Assembly (NCBI GenBank): GCA_963663475.2
Contig: CAXXJV010000001.1
Location: 2,624,001 to 2,688,000 of the forward strand
Reading direction: 5' to 3'
DNA length: 64,000 bases
Source: Candidatus Cloacimonadales bacterium
GTDB lineage: Bacteria; Cloacimonadota; Cloacimonadia; Cloacimonadales; JAFGVF01
The position numbers and the translations under genes were made by a program. Below the pieces are notes generated by a model that was not told the origin of the DNA, did not search any database, and saw nothing but the letters and a program-made list of their open reading frames with translations. Of this stretch, positions 20,947-30,917 are shown in pieces (the stretch's first letter is position 1; each line of letters opens with the position of its first letter).

Positions 20947-21639
20947 TTACTCTCCTTTAGCCAAATGATCTTTGAAAAGAGGAATAATCATTTCCATCTC
21001 TTGATCTAACATTTTTAAAAAACTTGAAGAAGTTATAGTTGCACCAGTTATCTGTCTTATTTCATTAGCTTTTTCTGGATTTGAACCTTCCGAGATAAGC
21101 TTATACTTGGTTATCTCTCCAGCTTGCATAAAACTTGACCCCTTCATATCTGCTCTGAGATTTAATTTGTCTGCTGGTTCGGCAATTCTACCACCTAAAC
21201 CAGGAGTTTCAACTTGTTCATAGACATTAAAATCAATCAAAGTCTCTAAGTTTGGCTCAAAACCAACAACTGCCTTCATTGTACCCCAAAGTCCTGCTCC
21301 AATAATATCGAAACAGTAGCCTATAACCCTACCATTATCTACAACTTTATAATAACCACGGAGACCTTTAGGACTTTCTATTTGATAAGGAATGAGAAAT
21401 TCTTCTTTATATTTTAAGACATCTGCATCTTCTATCTGATAGAAGTCCACTTGACTAATCTTATCGTTGAATATTTCCAGTATTTGTCGAAAGTATAAAA
21501 TCTCTTGATTATCATCAATTCTTCCCTTTTCTGAATTATAAAAGAGTGATAAGATTCCCACAAAAACGATTGTTACTAGAACCATGAAGAATACTTGATA
21601 AAATTGAGTTTCTCTAAATAATTTCTTTTCTTTTTCCAT
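20947..21639 (-). CDS. nqrC: NqrC/RnfG FMN-binding subunit
   Basis: GAGLWG, ETPGLGGRI, and ITGATITS covalent FMN site. Confidence 0.85.
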   Translation of the reverse strand: MEKEKKLFRETQFYQVFFMVLVTIVFVGILSLFYNSEKGRIDDNQEILYFRQILEIFNDKISQVDFYQIEDADVLKYKEEFLIPYQIESPKGLRGYYKVVDNGRVIGYCFDIIGAGLWGTMKAVVGFEPNLETLIDFNVYEQVETPGLGGRIAEPADKLNLRADMKGSSFMQAGEITKYKLISEGSNPEKANEIRQITGATITSSSFLKMLDQEMEMIIPLFKDHLAKGE

Positions 21640-22563
21640 CTATTTAGCCCCCTTCTTTTTAGGCTGTAAATAGAACTCTATGATAGGCATGAAGGTGTTA
21701 GCTAAGAGGATAGCAAACATAAAACCTTCGTTAAAAAGTGAATATTTTCTGATAAAAACAGTTAAAAACCCTATCATTATACCATAAATCCACAGTCCAT
21801 TCTTAGTCTTAGCCTGAGATACTGGATCTGTTACCATGTAAGCTATACCAAATAAAGCTCCACCTGAAACTAGATAATATAAGGCATCGCCAAAACCATA
21901 GAAAATGATATTGAAGATATAGAGGGAAACTAAGGTAGCTAACATACCCTGCCACTTTGCAGTTTTAGTCATGATAAGATAAATAGCCCCAATTATTATG
22001 AGCAGGGCAGATGTTTCACCTATTGAACCTGGGATAAGACCAAACAAGGCATCAATGAATGAGTAATTTGTTGTTTCACCCAATTTTGAGGAAGATAAGA
22101 TAGTAGCAGAAGTAGTCATATCAATAGAATTCATATATCTAGTAAAGCCACCTGGAAGTGATGTAAATGGTTTTATCCAATCAATAGTCATTTGCTGAGG
22201 AAACGACACATAGATAAAAGTCCTTCCTACAATAGCAGGATTGAAAATGTTCATACCAAAACCACCAAAAACCATCTTACCGAATGCTACAGCAATAATT
22301 CCACCTACACCAGCTATCCATAAGGGAATGGTAGGAGGAAGTGTCATGGCTAATAAAGTCCCTGTTACAAAAACAGCCATAGAGACTTTTCCATTGGGTT
22401 TTTTACGAACAAATAAGTATTCAGTTAAAAAAGCTATCGCATTAGTAAATAAGATTACCACTAAAGAACGCCAGCCAAATATAAAAATTGAGAATATGAT
22501 GGAAGGTATTAGTGCATACAATACCTTATTCATCATAGCTTGCTTTAATATGATGTTCTTCAT
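21640..22563 (-). CDS. RnfD/NqrB membrane flavoprotein (short, 307 aa)
   Basis: GKMVFGGFGMNIFNPAIVGR, TTSAT FMN site, GSIGETSAL, YMVTDPVS. Confidence 0.85.
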   Translation of the reverse strand: MKNIILKQAMMNKVLYALIPSIIFSIFIFGWRSLVVILFTNAIAFLTEYLFVRKKPNGKVSMAVFVTGTLLAMTLPPTIPLWIAGVGGIIAVAFGKMVFGGFGMNIFNPAIVGRTFIYVSFPQQMTIDWIKPFTSLPGGFTRYMNSIDMTTSATILSSSKLGETTNYSFIDALFGLIPGSIGETSALLIIIGAIYLIMTKTAKWQGMLATLVSLYIFNIIFYGFGDALYYLVSGGALFGIAYMVTDPVSQAKTKNGLWIYGIMIGFLTVFIRKYSLFNEGFMFAILLANTFMPIIEFYLQPKKKGAK

Positions 22564-22825
22564 AAGCCCCTTTCTTCTTTATTTAATATTTTAATTATAA
22601 ATTTATAATAAGTACTTTTTTGCATATTACAAGATAAAATGTAAAAATAGAGCGAATTAGTCAATCTTTATTTTGCTTTTATTCTTCTTAACCACTAGAA
22701 ATGCAGTAGAATTTTTGGGTTATACCAAGTAGTACAGTAGGATTTTAGGGAAGAGTGCAGATTCTTCAGAAAAATAAGTTACAGAATATAAAGGCATATA
22801 ATATATATGGCTCTCTCAAGTAAAA

Positions 22826-22848
22826 GATGCCTGCAACAAGCAGGCATC
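22826..22848 (-). terminator. Rho-independent terminator after the stn-like operon
   Basis: GATGCCTGC-N5-GCAGGCATC 9-bp stem followed by TTTTA on the minus strand, 12 bp past the stop. Confidence 0.75.
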
Positions 22849-22860
22849 AGTATGTTATCA

Positions 22861-25800
22861 TTATCTTTTTATTTTCTTATCTCGGAAAGTTATGACTTTG
22901 GGAACTTCTTGCCTGGTCATATCTAGGACAAGTTGATCATCCAATTCAATCTTCTGTAAAAAGTCGTCAGCTCGATTGTTCCAATTAACTACTTCTGCCA
23001 TACTAATTGGTAATAAATCAGCTCCTACCAGACTATTTATTAAAAGATCTTGTAGAACTGAGCCCTTGGGATTAGAAAAAACTTTCACTCGCAAATCATC
23101 TGCTAAGGAAAGTCCCTCAATTTCTAAGTAAGATGGCTTAGGGATGAAAAGGTCAATATCCAGTGATTTATCAAAACTATCACTTATGAGAATGGTAAAT
23201 CTCTCTTTTTGGAAGCCATGAGGTAAATCACCATAGTAGATATCACTATTTCCTTTACTGCTTATAGTGTTGCTCTTAAAGAAAGCTAGAGACCTCAAGT
23301 TATTCCATTTTGAAGTTGGGTAGATAAAAGAGGACTTGTTGAAATCAGCTAGTAGTAAGGCAAGCTGATAGATAACAATAGCCTTTTCTAAGCCTATATT
23401 ATCAATATTATAAATAAAGATAGTTTTTTCTTTAACTTTTCCGTCTAAATCATATATATCATTATACTTATAGTCTGCAAACTTAACGAAATCTACTTGC
23501 GGGTATTCAACTAAAGTAAGACTTTTTCCCTTTCTTTGCTCTAGTCTGAGTAAGGTCCTAAGTGTCTGAGAAATTTCTCCCACAACAATGTAGTTTTCAG
23601 CCTGAGCAAGTTTAGCTTTATCTACCATAGTATAAGTCTTCTTAAGAAGTTTTTGATGGAAAGGATCAAGATTTTGTAAGAAGCTATAAGCTTGTTTTTG
23701 GTGATTAGCCAATTCTTGTCCTAATAGCATTTCTTCCAAGGTTAAATTAGGTGATAAGATAGTATTAAATCCAGCTTTCAGTTCCTTCTTTAGTAATTCT
23801 TGCAGCTGAGAGTAAGTAATTTCCTGCCATTTACCTGCAACTTTTTGCAGAGGACTTACTGGCTTTGAATCAATTTTCTGCCAAGCAAATCTTCCTTTAT
23901 AACACAGGTTTCTACCATTAAAGGACTCTTCAATATCATACTTCATTGGTAAAAATTCTTCTGGTGTTTCAGCTGGACTAGCTATATTTGTTACCCTATC
24001 TGAATGTACATCTACTAGGATATCACAACCACTTCCACACATACCACAAGATTGAATAATCTTTCTGTTTTCTAAAGGATTCTGCTTATAATTAAGATTC
24101 TTAGGAAGTAAGGCACCTGTAGGACACACAGCTATACACTTACCGCATGCTTCACAGCTTGTATTATTCAAACTTTCACCAAATTCTGGAGCTACTAGTG
24201 TCTTAAAGCCTCGGAAAATATAGCCCAAGACTCCTGCTCCTTGAATCTCAGCACAGGTTCTGACACATCTACCGCAGTTTACACACTTGTTAGCATCCCT
24301 AAGGATAAATTCATGGCTATCATCAATCGGATGTTCATTCTTGCTTCCAATAAAGATATCTTGACTGACATCATATTCTGAAGCATACTTACGTAATGCA
24401 CAAGTCTCATTTACCTGACAACCACACTCTAAACACCGCTTAGCTTCAGCGATTGCTACTTCTTCTGAGAAGCCTGTTTCTACTTCTTTAAAAGAAGTCT
24501 TTGCTTGAGCAATATCAATCTCAGGCATCTTAGCCCTAGGTATTTCAGCTATATCGGCATAAAGTTCTTTTCTAATATCTTCTATCTTATGGGCTTTAAC
24601 TGAATTGAAAACATACTTATTACTTTGAATATTCTGACCTTGCAAATACTTGTCAATAGTTTGACTAGCAATTTTGCCATCAGCAATAGCTTCCACAGCA
24701 GTAGCAGGTCCTCTTCTTACATCACCACCAGCAAAGACATTTCCTAGGCCAGTGTACATAGTCTTTTCAGAAGAATTAAGAGTATTCCACCTGGTGAATG
24801 GTAGCTCTTTTCCATCAATATAATTATCTTCACCTAGCATAAAATCAAGTTGTGGTTTTTGAGAAATAGCTGCAATAACAGAATCAAATTCTATAGTTTC
24901 ATATTGACCAGTTGCTTGAGGAGACCTTCTACCAGAAGCATCTGGCTGTCCCAAAATCATTTTTTCTAATTTAATTGATTTTAATCTTCCATCTTCACCA
25001 AAATATTCTACAGGGTTAGTTAGTAATCTAAACTCTACCCCTTCCTTCTCTGCAGCTTCAATCTCAAAGGTTTCTGCTGGCATTTGTTCTTTAGCTCTAC
25101 GATAGACAATCGTTGCCTCAACCCCTAACCTTCTAGCTGTTCTAACACAATCAATAGCAGTATTTCCACCACCAATTACTGCTACTTTCTTACCAAGTTC
25201 AGGTGCATTTCCCAAAGCACAATCCTTGAGGAAATCTACCCCTAGATAACAACCTTTTAAGTTAGAGCCAGGAATAGGCATTGCCACAGCTTCCGAAGCA
25301 CCATTAGCAATATAAACAGCATCATAGTCTTGTCTAATCTCTGTAAAAGTTATATCTTTTCCTACTTGCACATTGCATTGGATTTCCATACCATTAGCAC
25401 ACATAATTTCTATTTCAGCATCAAGTATAGCTTTGGGAAGTCTGTACTCTGGAATACCATAGCGTAGCCAACCACCGGCTTTAGGCATAGCTTCAAATAC
25501 TTTTACCTCATATCCCTGATTAGAGAGATAGTAACCACAGGTTAATCCAGAAGGTCCACCACCAATAATAGCAATCTTTTTATCTTTATTCTCCTGTCTT
25601 TCAGGAACGTAAGTCCAGTAATCTTGGGCATCATAATCAGCAGCAAATCGTTTTAACTGTCTAATGGCAATAGATTCATCAATGACTTGTCGGCGACATT
25701 CTTCTTCACAGAAGGCTGGACAGACACGTCCAATTGAAAGAGGCATAGGTAGTTGTTCTTTGATAATTTTAACTGCCTCATGATATTGCTTATTAGCTAT

Positions 25801-26157
25801 CAAGGATATGTAAGATTGGACATCTATCTTAGCAGGGCAAGCATTCTTACAAGGAGCTTCACAATCTGCATAATGATCAGAAAGCAGAAGTTCTAAAGCC
25901 ATCTTACGGGCTTGCTTAACTTGGTCTCCTTCAGTATCAATTACCATACCTTCACTTATAGTAGTTCCACAAGAGGTAACAAAACCTCTCCGACCTTCAA
26001 CTTTTACCGCACATACCCAGCATGAACCATAGGGTTTTAATTCTTCATCATGACATAAAGTTGGGATTTCATAGCCTTCTTTCCTGGCTACATCTAGAAT
26101 AGTTGCACCTTCAGGGGCTAATACTTCTTTATTATTTAATTTAATCTTTATCATCAT
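22861..26157 (-). CDS. GltD/NfnB-like FAD oxidoreductase fused to NuoG-like Fe-S domains (StnC/NfnA-like large subunit)
   Basis: N-terminal 2Fe-2S domain, GRVCPAFCEEEC, GGGPSG, GGGNTAIDC, RCLECGC, 2x CxxCxxCxxxC, degenerate molybdopterin-fold C-terminus. No H-cluster motifs seen. Confidence 0.8.
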   Translation of the reverse strand: MMIKIKLNNKEVLAPEGATILDVARKEGYEIPTLCHDEELKPYGSCWVCAVKVEGRRGFVTSCGTTISEGMVIDTEGDQVKQARKMALELLLSDHYADCEAPCKNACPAKIDVQSYISLIANKQYHEAVKIIKEQLPMPLSIGRVCPAFCEEECRRQVIDESIAIRQLKRFAADYDAQDYWTYVPERQENKDKKIAIIGGGPSGLTCGYYLSNQGYEVKVFEAMPKAGGWLRYGIPEYRLPKAILDAEIEIMCANGMEIQCNVQVGKDITFTEIRQDYDAVYIANGASEAVAMPIPGSNLKGCYLGVDFLKDCALGNAPELGKKVAVIGGGNTAIDCVRTARRLGVEATIVYRRAKEQMPAETFEIEAAEKEGVEFRLLTNPVEYFGEDGRLKSIKLEKMILGQPDASGRRSPQATGQYETIEFDSVIAAISQKPQLDFMLGEDNYIDGKELPFTRWNTLNSSEKTMYTGLGNVFAGGDVRRGPATAVEAIADGKIASQTIDKYLQGQNIQSNKYVFNSVKAHKIEDIRKELYADIAEIPRAKMPEIDIAQAKTSFKEVETGFSEEVAIAEAKRCLECGCQVNETCALRKYASEYDVSQDIFIGSKNEHPIDDSHEFILRDANKCVNCGRCVRTCAEIQGAGVLGYIFRGFKTLVAPEFGESLNNTSCEACGKCIAVCPTGALLPKNLNYKQNPLENRKIIQSCGMCGSGCDILVDVHSDRVTNIASPAETPEEFLPMKYDIEESFNGRNLCYKGRFAWQKIDSKPVSPLQKVAGKWQEITYSQLQELLKKELKAGFNTILSPNLTLEEMLLGQELANHQKQAYSFLQNLDPFHQKLLKKTYTMVDKAKLAQAENYIVVGEISQTLRTLLRLEQRKGKSLTLVEYPQVDFVKFADYKYNDIYDLDGKVKEKTIFIYNIDNIGLEKAIVIYQLALLLADFNKSSFIYPTSKWNNLRSLAFFKSNTISSKGNSDIYYGDLPHGFQKERFTILISDSFDKSLDIDLFIPKPSYLEIEGLSLADDLRVKVFSNPKGSVLQDLLINSLVGADLLPISMAEVVNWNNRADDFLQKIELDDQLVLDMTRQEVPKVITFRDKKIKR

Positions 26158-26162
26158 TCCTC

Positions 26163-27932
26163 CTACCTAATCTCTATAGCTGAGAACTTACAAGCCTTAT
26201 AACAAGAACCACACTTGATACAGCTATCTTGATTAATTAGATGAGCTTCCTTAACCTGACCACTAATGCAATTTACTGGACAAACCCTAGCACAAGCTGT
26301 ACAGCCTACACACTTGTCTTCAATAATATGATATGTTAATAAATCAGTGCAAACATGAGCAGGACAAGTCTTATCTACAATATGAGCTTCATACTCTTGT
26401 CTAAAATATTTTAATGTTGTTAAAACAGGATTAGGAGCTGTTTGACCTAGACCACACAAGGAAGTAGTAATAATCTTTTCAGATAGATTTTCTAATATCT
26501 CTATATCTTGAATTTGACCTTTTCCTGAAGTAATCCTCGCTAATATTTCCAACATTCTTTTAGTACCAATTCGACAGAATGTACACTTGCCACAAGATTC
26601 ATTTTGAGTGAAATTTAAAAAGAATTTAGCTACATCAACCATACATGTATCATAATCCATTACAACCATACCACCAGAACCCATAATAGCACCAGTCTGA
26701 GATATAGAATCATAATCAACTATGGTATCTAAGAGTGTAGCTGGAACACAACCACCAGAAGGTCCGCCTAATTGCACAGCCTTGAAAGGTGACTGAGTCT
26801 TCATACCTCCCCCAACCTTATAGATAACATCATGCAAGCTAATTCCCATAGGAACTTCTATAAGACCAGAGTTTCTAATCTTGCCAGCTAGAGCAAAGAC
26901 TTTTGTCCCTTTAGATTTTTCAGTCCCTAGTTTAGCAAATTCTTCTGCTCCATTAAGGATAATCCAGGTAATATTTGCCCAAGTTTCTACATTATTAATA
27001 TTAGTTGGGTATTGCCATAAACCTGATTCAGCTGGGAAAGGAGGACGTAAGTTAGGCATTCCTCTCTTGCCTTCTACCGAGGCCATAAGAGCAGTTTCTT
27101 CACCACAAACAAAGGCACCTGCTCCTTCTTTTATATGTAAGTGGAAAGAAAAATCACTTCCTAAAATATTATCACCTAAAAAACCTCTAGCTTGGGCTTG
27201 TTCAATAGCTATATTAAGATGTTTGATGGCAAGAGGATATTCAGCTCTTACATAAAGATAACCTTCATCAGCTCCAATAGCATAAGCTCCAATAATCATA
27301 CCTTCGATTATTGCATGAGGATCTCCCTCAAGTACAGACCTATCCATAAAAGCTCCAGGATCTCCTTCATCGGCATTACAAATAACATATTTCTTATCAC
27401 TCTTGTTATCATAAGCAAACTTCCATTTCAATCCTGTAGGGAAACCAGCTCCTCCCCTACCTCTCAAACCTGACTCTGTGATTTCACTAATAATAGCTTG
27501 ACCAGTCATTGTTAGTGCCTTTTTAAGAGCAGAATAGCCTTGTCTAGCTATATATTCATCAATTATAACTGGATCTATCACACCACAATTGCGCAAGACT
27601 ATCCTTGTCTGCGACTCAATTAAATAGTTTTCTTGAGCAGGAATCTTATTGGAATAAACTAATTTTTCATGGTCAATTTCTTGCTTGTTGAGAACATCGA
27701 AGATTGATTCTAAATCTTCAGCAACTAAATTGCCATAGACAGAATCACTGCCATCATCACTTACCACCTGAATAAGTGGCTCAGCATGACACATACCATT
27801 ACAAGCTGTATGTTTTAATTCAAAGTTATATTTATCGCCACTTAGGAGTTTCTTGGCTTGATCATAAATCTCTTGAGCACCTGCAGCTAAACCACAGGAT
27901 GCCATACCTACTTTTATCTGAATATTAGTCAT
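26163..27932 (-). CDS. NuoF/HydB/BfuB-like FMN-NAD subunit
   Basis: GRGGAGFPTG, NADEGDPGAFMDR, GGPSGG, ESCGKCTFCR, C-terminal 2x[4Fe-4S]. Confidence 0.9.
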   Translation of the reverse strand: MTNIQIKVGMASCGLAAGAQEIYDQAKKLLSGDKYNFELKHTACNGMCHAEPLIQVVSDDGSDSVYGNLVAEDLESIFDVLNKQEIDHEKLVYSNKIPAQENYLIESQTRIVLRNCGVIDPVIIDEYIARQGYSALKKALTMTGQAIISEITESGLRGRGGAGFPTGLKWKFAYDNKSDKKYVICNADEGDPGAFMDRSVLEGDPHAIIEGMIIGAYAIGADEGYLYVRAEYPLAIKHLNIAIEQAQARGFLGDNILGSDFSFHLHIKEGAGAFVCGEETALMASVEGKRGMPNLRPPFPAESGLWQYPTNINNVETWANITWIILNGAEEFAKLGTEKSKGTKVFALAGKIRNSGLIEVPMGISLHDVIYKVGGGMKTQSPFKAVQLGGPSGGCVPATLLDTIVDYDSISQTGAIMGSGGMVVMDYDTCMVDVAKFFLNFTQNESCGKCTFCRIGTKRMLEILARITSGKGQIQDIEILENLSEKIITTSLCGLGQTAPNPVLTTLKYFRQEYEAHIVDKTCPAHVCTDLLTYHIIEDKCVGCTACARVCPVNCISGQVKEAHLINQDSCIKCGSCYKACKFSAIEIR

Positions 27933-28395
27933 TACCTACCTCTTTTTTAAAAGCTTCAATAATTTCAGGAATTTTGGCTGAAGTGAGTTTCCCATAAGTT
28001 TTGTCTTCAATCATGATTACTGGGGCTAAAGAACAGCATCCCAGACATGCTACTTCCAGAATTGTAAACAAGTTATCACTAGTTGTATCTTGATCAGCTT
28101 CTAGTCCTAGGGTCTCTCTAAGTGCTTCTAAAATAGTTTTTGCTCCTGAGACATGACAAGCTGTCCCCTTGCAAATACGAATTGTATATTTACCTTGGGC
28201 TGTTAAACGGAACATAGAATAAAAAGTTGCAACTCCATAGATTTCAGCAATAGTAATATTTGTTAACTCTGCTACCTCTTTTATACTATCTCTTGAAAGA
28301 TAACCTTCTGCCCTTTGGATCTCTTGCAATATTGGGATTAATGACCCCTTTTTATTTTGGTATTTACTTATAATCTCTTTTATACTTATAGACAT
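27925..28395 (-). CDS. NuoE/HydC-like 2Fe-2S subunit
   Basis: CKGTACH and CLGCCSLAP. Confidence 0.9.
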   Translation of the reverse strand: MSISIKEIISKYQNKKGSLIPILQEIQRAEGYLSRDSIKEVAELTNITIAEIYGVATFYSMFRLTAQGKYTIRICKGTACHVSGAKTILEALRETLGLEADQDTTSDNLFTILEVACLGCCSLAPVIMIEDKTYGKLTSAKIPEIIEAFKKEVGND

Positions 28396-28407
28396 TTACC
28401 TGCTCCT

Positions 28408-28842
28408 CTATAATTTCTTTTTGAATCTTTCAATCAAGTCTTTTGCTTCAGGGGTTCTTTCAATAAACTCAACAAAAGCAAACATGCGATTAAAGGTCTC
28501 AATACTGATATCATGTTCAACCAGGCAGGCATCTGCATCAGCCTGACCATGCTCTATGCCTAATACTTCATTGAAAAAACGAGTAAGAGTTAGATGCCTT
28601 CTATAAATCTTTCCAGCTAACTCCCTCCCTTTATCAGTGAGAATAATATCTTTATATTTCTCATAGATGATTAAATCTTCTTCAGCTAATTTACGTAGAG
28701 CAGAAACTACTGAAGGCTTCTTCACACCAAGTTTTATAGCTAAATCAGTTACCCTAATCTTTTCATTAGAAAGTCCTAAAAGAAGGATTCTCTCTAAATA
28801 GTCTTCCAAACTCTTACCAAGGTTTAAGAACTCACTAGTCAT
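28408..28842 (-). CDS. DtxR/MntR-family metal-dependent regulator
   Basis: SLEDYLE, KPSV, RRH...ADACLVEHDIS. Confidence 0.88.
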   Translation of the reverse strand: MTSEFLNLGKSLEDYLERILLLGLSNEKIRVTDLAIKLGVKKPSVVSALRKLAEEDLIIYEKYKDIILTDKGRELAGKIYRRHLTLTRFFNEVLGIEHGQADADACLVEHDISIETFNRMFAFVEFIERTPEAKDLIERFKKKL

Positions 28843-28985
28843 TTATCATCCTTTGTGTTTTGTTAAATCTTTGCTAATCAATTTATCCTATTCCTGTAAA
28901 TCAACATTATTATGTGCCTTTAAATAAAATATGACAGAATAGCTCTTACTCTGTCATATCTTACTAATCATAGTTAAATACTTTC

Positions 28986-29810
28986 CTATTTTATCTTAAG
29001 AATTTGGGCAAGTTTCCCACCCATTACCGAAACATTTTGGTTTGAATCTTTTTTCCATTCTTTGACCGTTCTAGTAGTTACTTTAACAAATTCTGCTGAT
29101 TTGTCTCGATTGCTTTGCTGAGTTATAATATTAGCAAGTTTTTTCATACTTACCCAGATAGTTTTAATTCTCTTATCATCAGCATCATGCAGCCATTCCT
29201 TGACAACAGGGTAACATTTATTTGGTTTAGAACGTCCAACTTGAGTTAGAATGTGGGTAATTTTCTTTTGCACTTCCAAAGATTCATCATCAATCATGTT
29301 TCCAATAAAAGACATAATGAATTTAGGATCGCTAGCAGCAATATTCTCCATGCCATGTAGGGATAATGATCTTTTGACTTCATCAGGATCTTTCTGCCAT
29401 TGTGGCATATACTTTTTCATGGTCTTGGGATGTTTTTTCCACATATTAAGAGCTATTGTTTCAGCTTCCCAAGGCACTTTATCGTAATATTTGTCTAATA
29501 CTAAAATAACATCTTCAGCATTAGTAGTATTTTTATAGTAAAAATAGAAGAGAGCAGTTGCTCTTATTCCATAGATCTTATGCTTTAACATTTTATGACA
29601 GATTTCATCCATGAATTCTAAATCTTCACATTCGGCAAGTAGTTTGCCCAACTCTTCTCTAACAAAGTAGTTGGCTGTGTTAGCTATCAAATTAATTCTT
29701 CTTGTTACAGATGTTGCTTTCTTCAGCTTAACCTGATCAAAAATTTCTCCTACTTTTAGTCGTAATTCCTTCATATCTTCTGGTGTTAAACGACCTACTT
29801 GTCTAAACAT
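28986..29810 (-). CDS. HEAT-repeat protein (AlkD/DNA alkylation repair-like)
   Basis: All-helical, with DPDEVKR and DDESLEVQKKITHILTQVGR HEAT-like motifs. Confidence 0.5.
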   Translation of the reverse strand: MFRQVGRLTPEDMKELRLKVGEIFDQVKLKKATSVTRRINLIANTANYFVREELGKLLAECEDLEFMDEICHKMLKHKIYGIRATALFYFYYKNTTNAEDVILVLDKYYDKVPWEAETIALNMWKKHPKTMKKYMPQWQKDPDEVKRSLSLHGMENIAASDPKFIMSFIGNMIDDESLEVQKKITHILTQVGRSKPNKCYPVVKEWLHDADDKRIKTIWVSMKKLANIITQQSNRDKSAEFVKVTTRTVKEWKKDSNQNVSVMGGKLAQILKIK

Positions 29811-30055
29811 ATATTTTCTCCTGTAGAAATTTACATCAATTATAAGATTCGATACAAATTATTGTTATTTCTTTATTGGTATATAAAATTAGTCGGTATT
29901 TACTAAATAGTTAAGATTTAAACCTTGTATAATTTAGTTGAATACATAACTTAACCGACTATTTATATTGAATAATTTTATGTCAAGTATTTTATTACTG
30001 CAATTTATTTTTACTATACAATTAGAAGTTAGCTCAAGTTTTTGTAAAGTGAATA

Positions 30056-30916
30056 TTATTTATCTAAGTAGAGCTTATAATAGGCTTTAGCCTTAACATT
30101 CTTCAAACTATCTTTATTAGTAAAATCTTTTTCATACTTCTCTGCAAGCTTAATTACCTCTTCATATTCACCTAATATATAGAGAGTATCAAGGTAATTT
30201 AAGACATATAAACTAGGGGAAAGATCAAGATTTTCCATAGCCTTATAACAGTCCAATGCCTTATTATACTGTTTGATAGCCCGGTAAGAATGGGCAAGTT
30301 TTCTTAGAAAAACATTTGGTGCTACTTCATCCCATGAAATTTTAGACAAGTGATAAGCACTAGCTAAGTAATTACCTCTCATATAGCTATGATTACCTTT
30401 TACATAATGAAAGTAAGTATCTTGTCCATATCTTTTTTCATAAAGAGCAAGCTCAATTGCCTCCTCCTTAAACTGCTCTGTAAATAATAAGATATCGATA
30501 ATTAGTTTTAAAGCTGATTGCCCTAGTTTTTCATTATCCTGTAGTTTTCTTGCCTCGATAACTGCCTTATCTGCTTCTCCAAGATTTAAGTAGCAGATTG
30601 CTGTGTTATAAATAGACTCTGGATAAATCTCACCAGTATCTTTAAAAGCTTTAATTGCTAAGCGATAGTCTTCATTACGCATATAGGATAACGCTAGGGT
30701 AAAGGAAGCACTAGCATCTAAGTCAGTAATCTTCTTAGCTTTTTCTAAATACTTAACCGCTTCTGAATCTCTTTCTTCCTTGGCTAAGTATAATCCCAAA
30801 GCAAGTAAATACTCATAATTCTGGGGCTCATCTGCTATAGCCTTTTTAATCAAGTGTACAGCCTTGAGAGGATTCTTTTTAATTAAATACTCAAATCTTA
30901 AGATTTTATCATTCAT
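30056..30916 (-). CDS. TPR-repeat protein
   Basis: Repeated LG/LA...A...Y/F TPR spacing. Confidence 0.75.
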   Translation of the reverse strand: MNDKILRFEYLIKKNPLKAVHLIKKAIADEPQNYEYLLALGLYLAKEERDSEAVKYLEKAKKITDLDASASFTLALSYMRNEDYRLAIKAFKDTGEIYPESIYNTAICYLNLGEADKAVIEARKLQDNEKLGQSALKLIIDILLFTEQFKEEAIELALYEKRYGQDTYFHYVKGNHSYMRGNYLASAYHLSKISWDEVAPNVFLRKLAHSYRAIKQYNKALDCYKAMENLDLSPSLYVLNYLDTLYILGEYEEVIKLAEKYEKDFTNKDSLKNVKAKAYYKLYLDK

Positions 30917-30917
30917 A

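Noticed and set aside
22861..28395. [FeFe]-hydrogenase, formate dehydrogenase or complex I
   Set aside because: No H-cluster motifs, a degenerate molybdopterin domain, and no membrane nuo genes.
28855..28885. DtxR operator upstream of the regulator (GTTAAATCTTTGCTAAT)
   Set aside because: The palindrome is too weak to support by eye.
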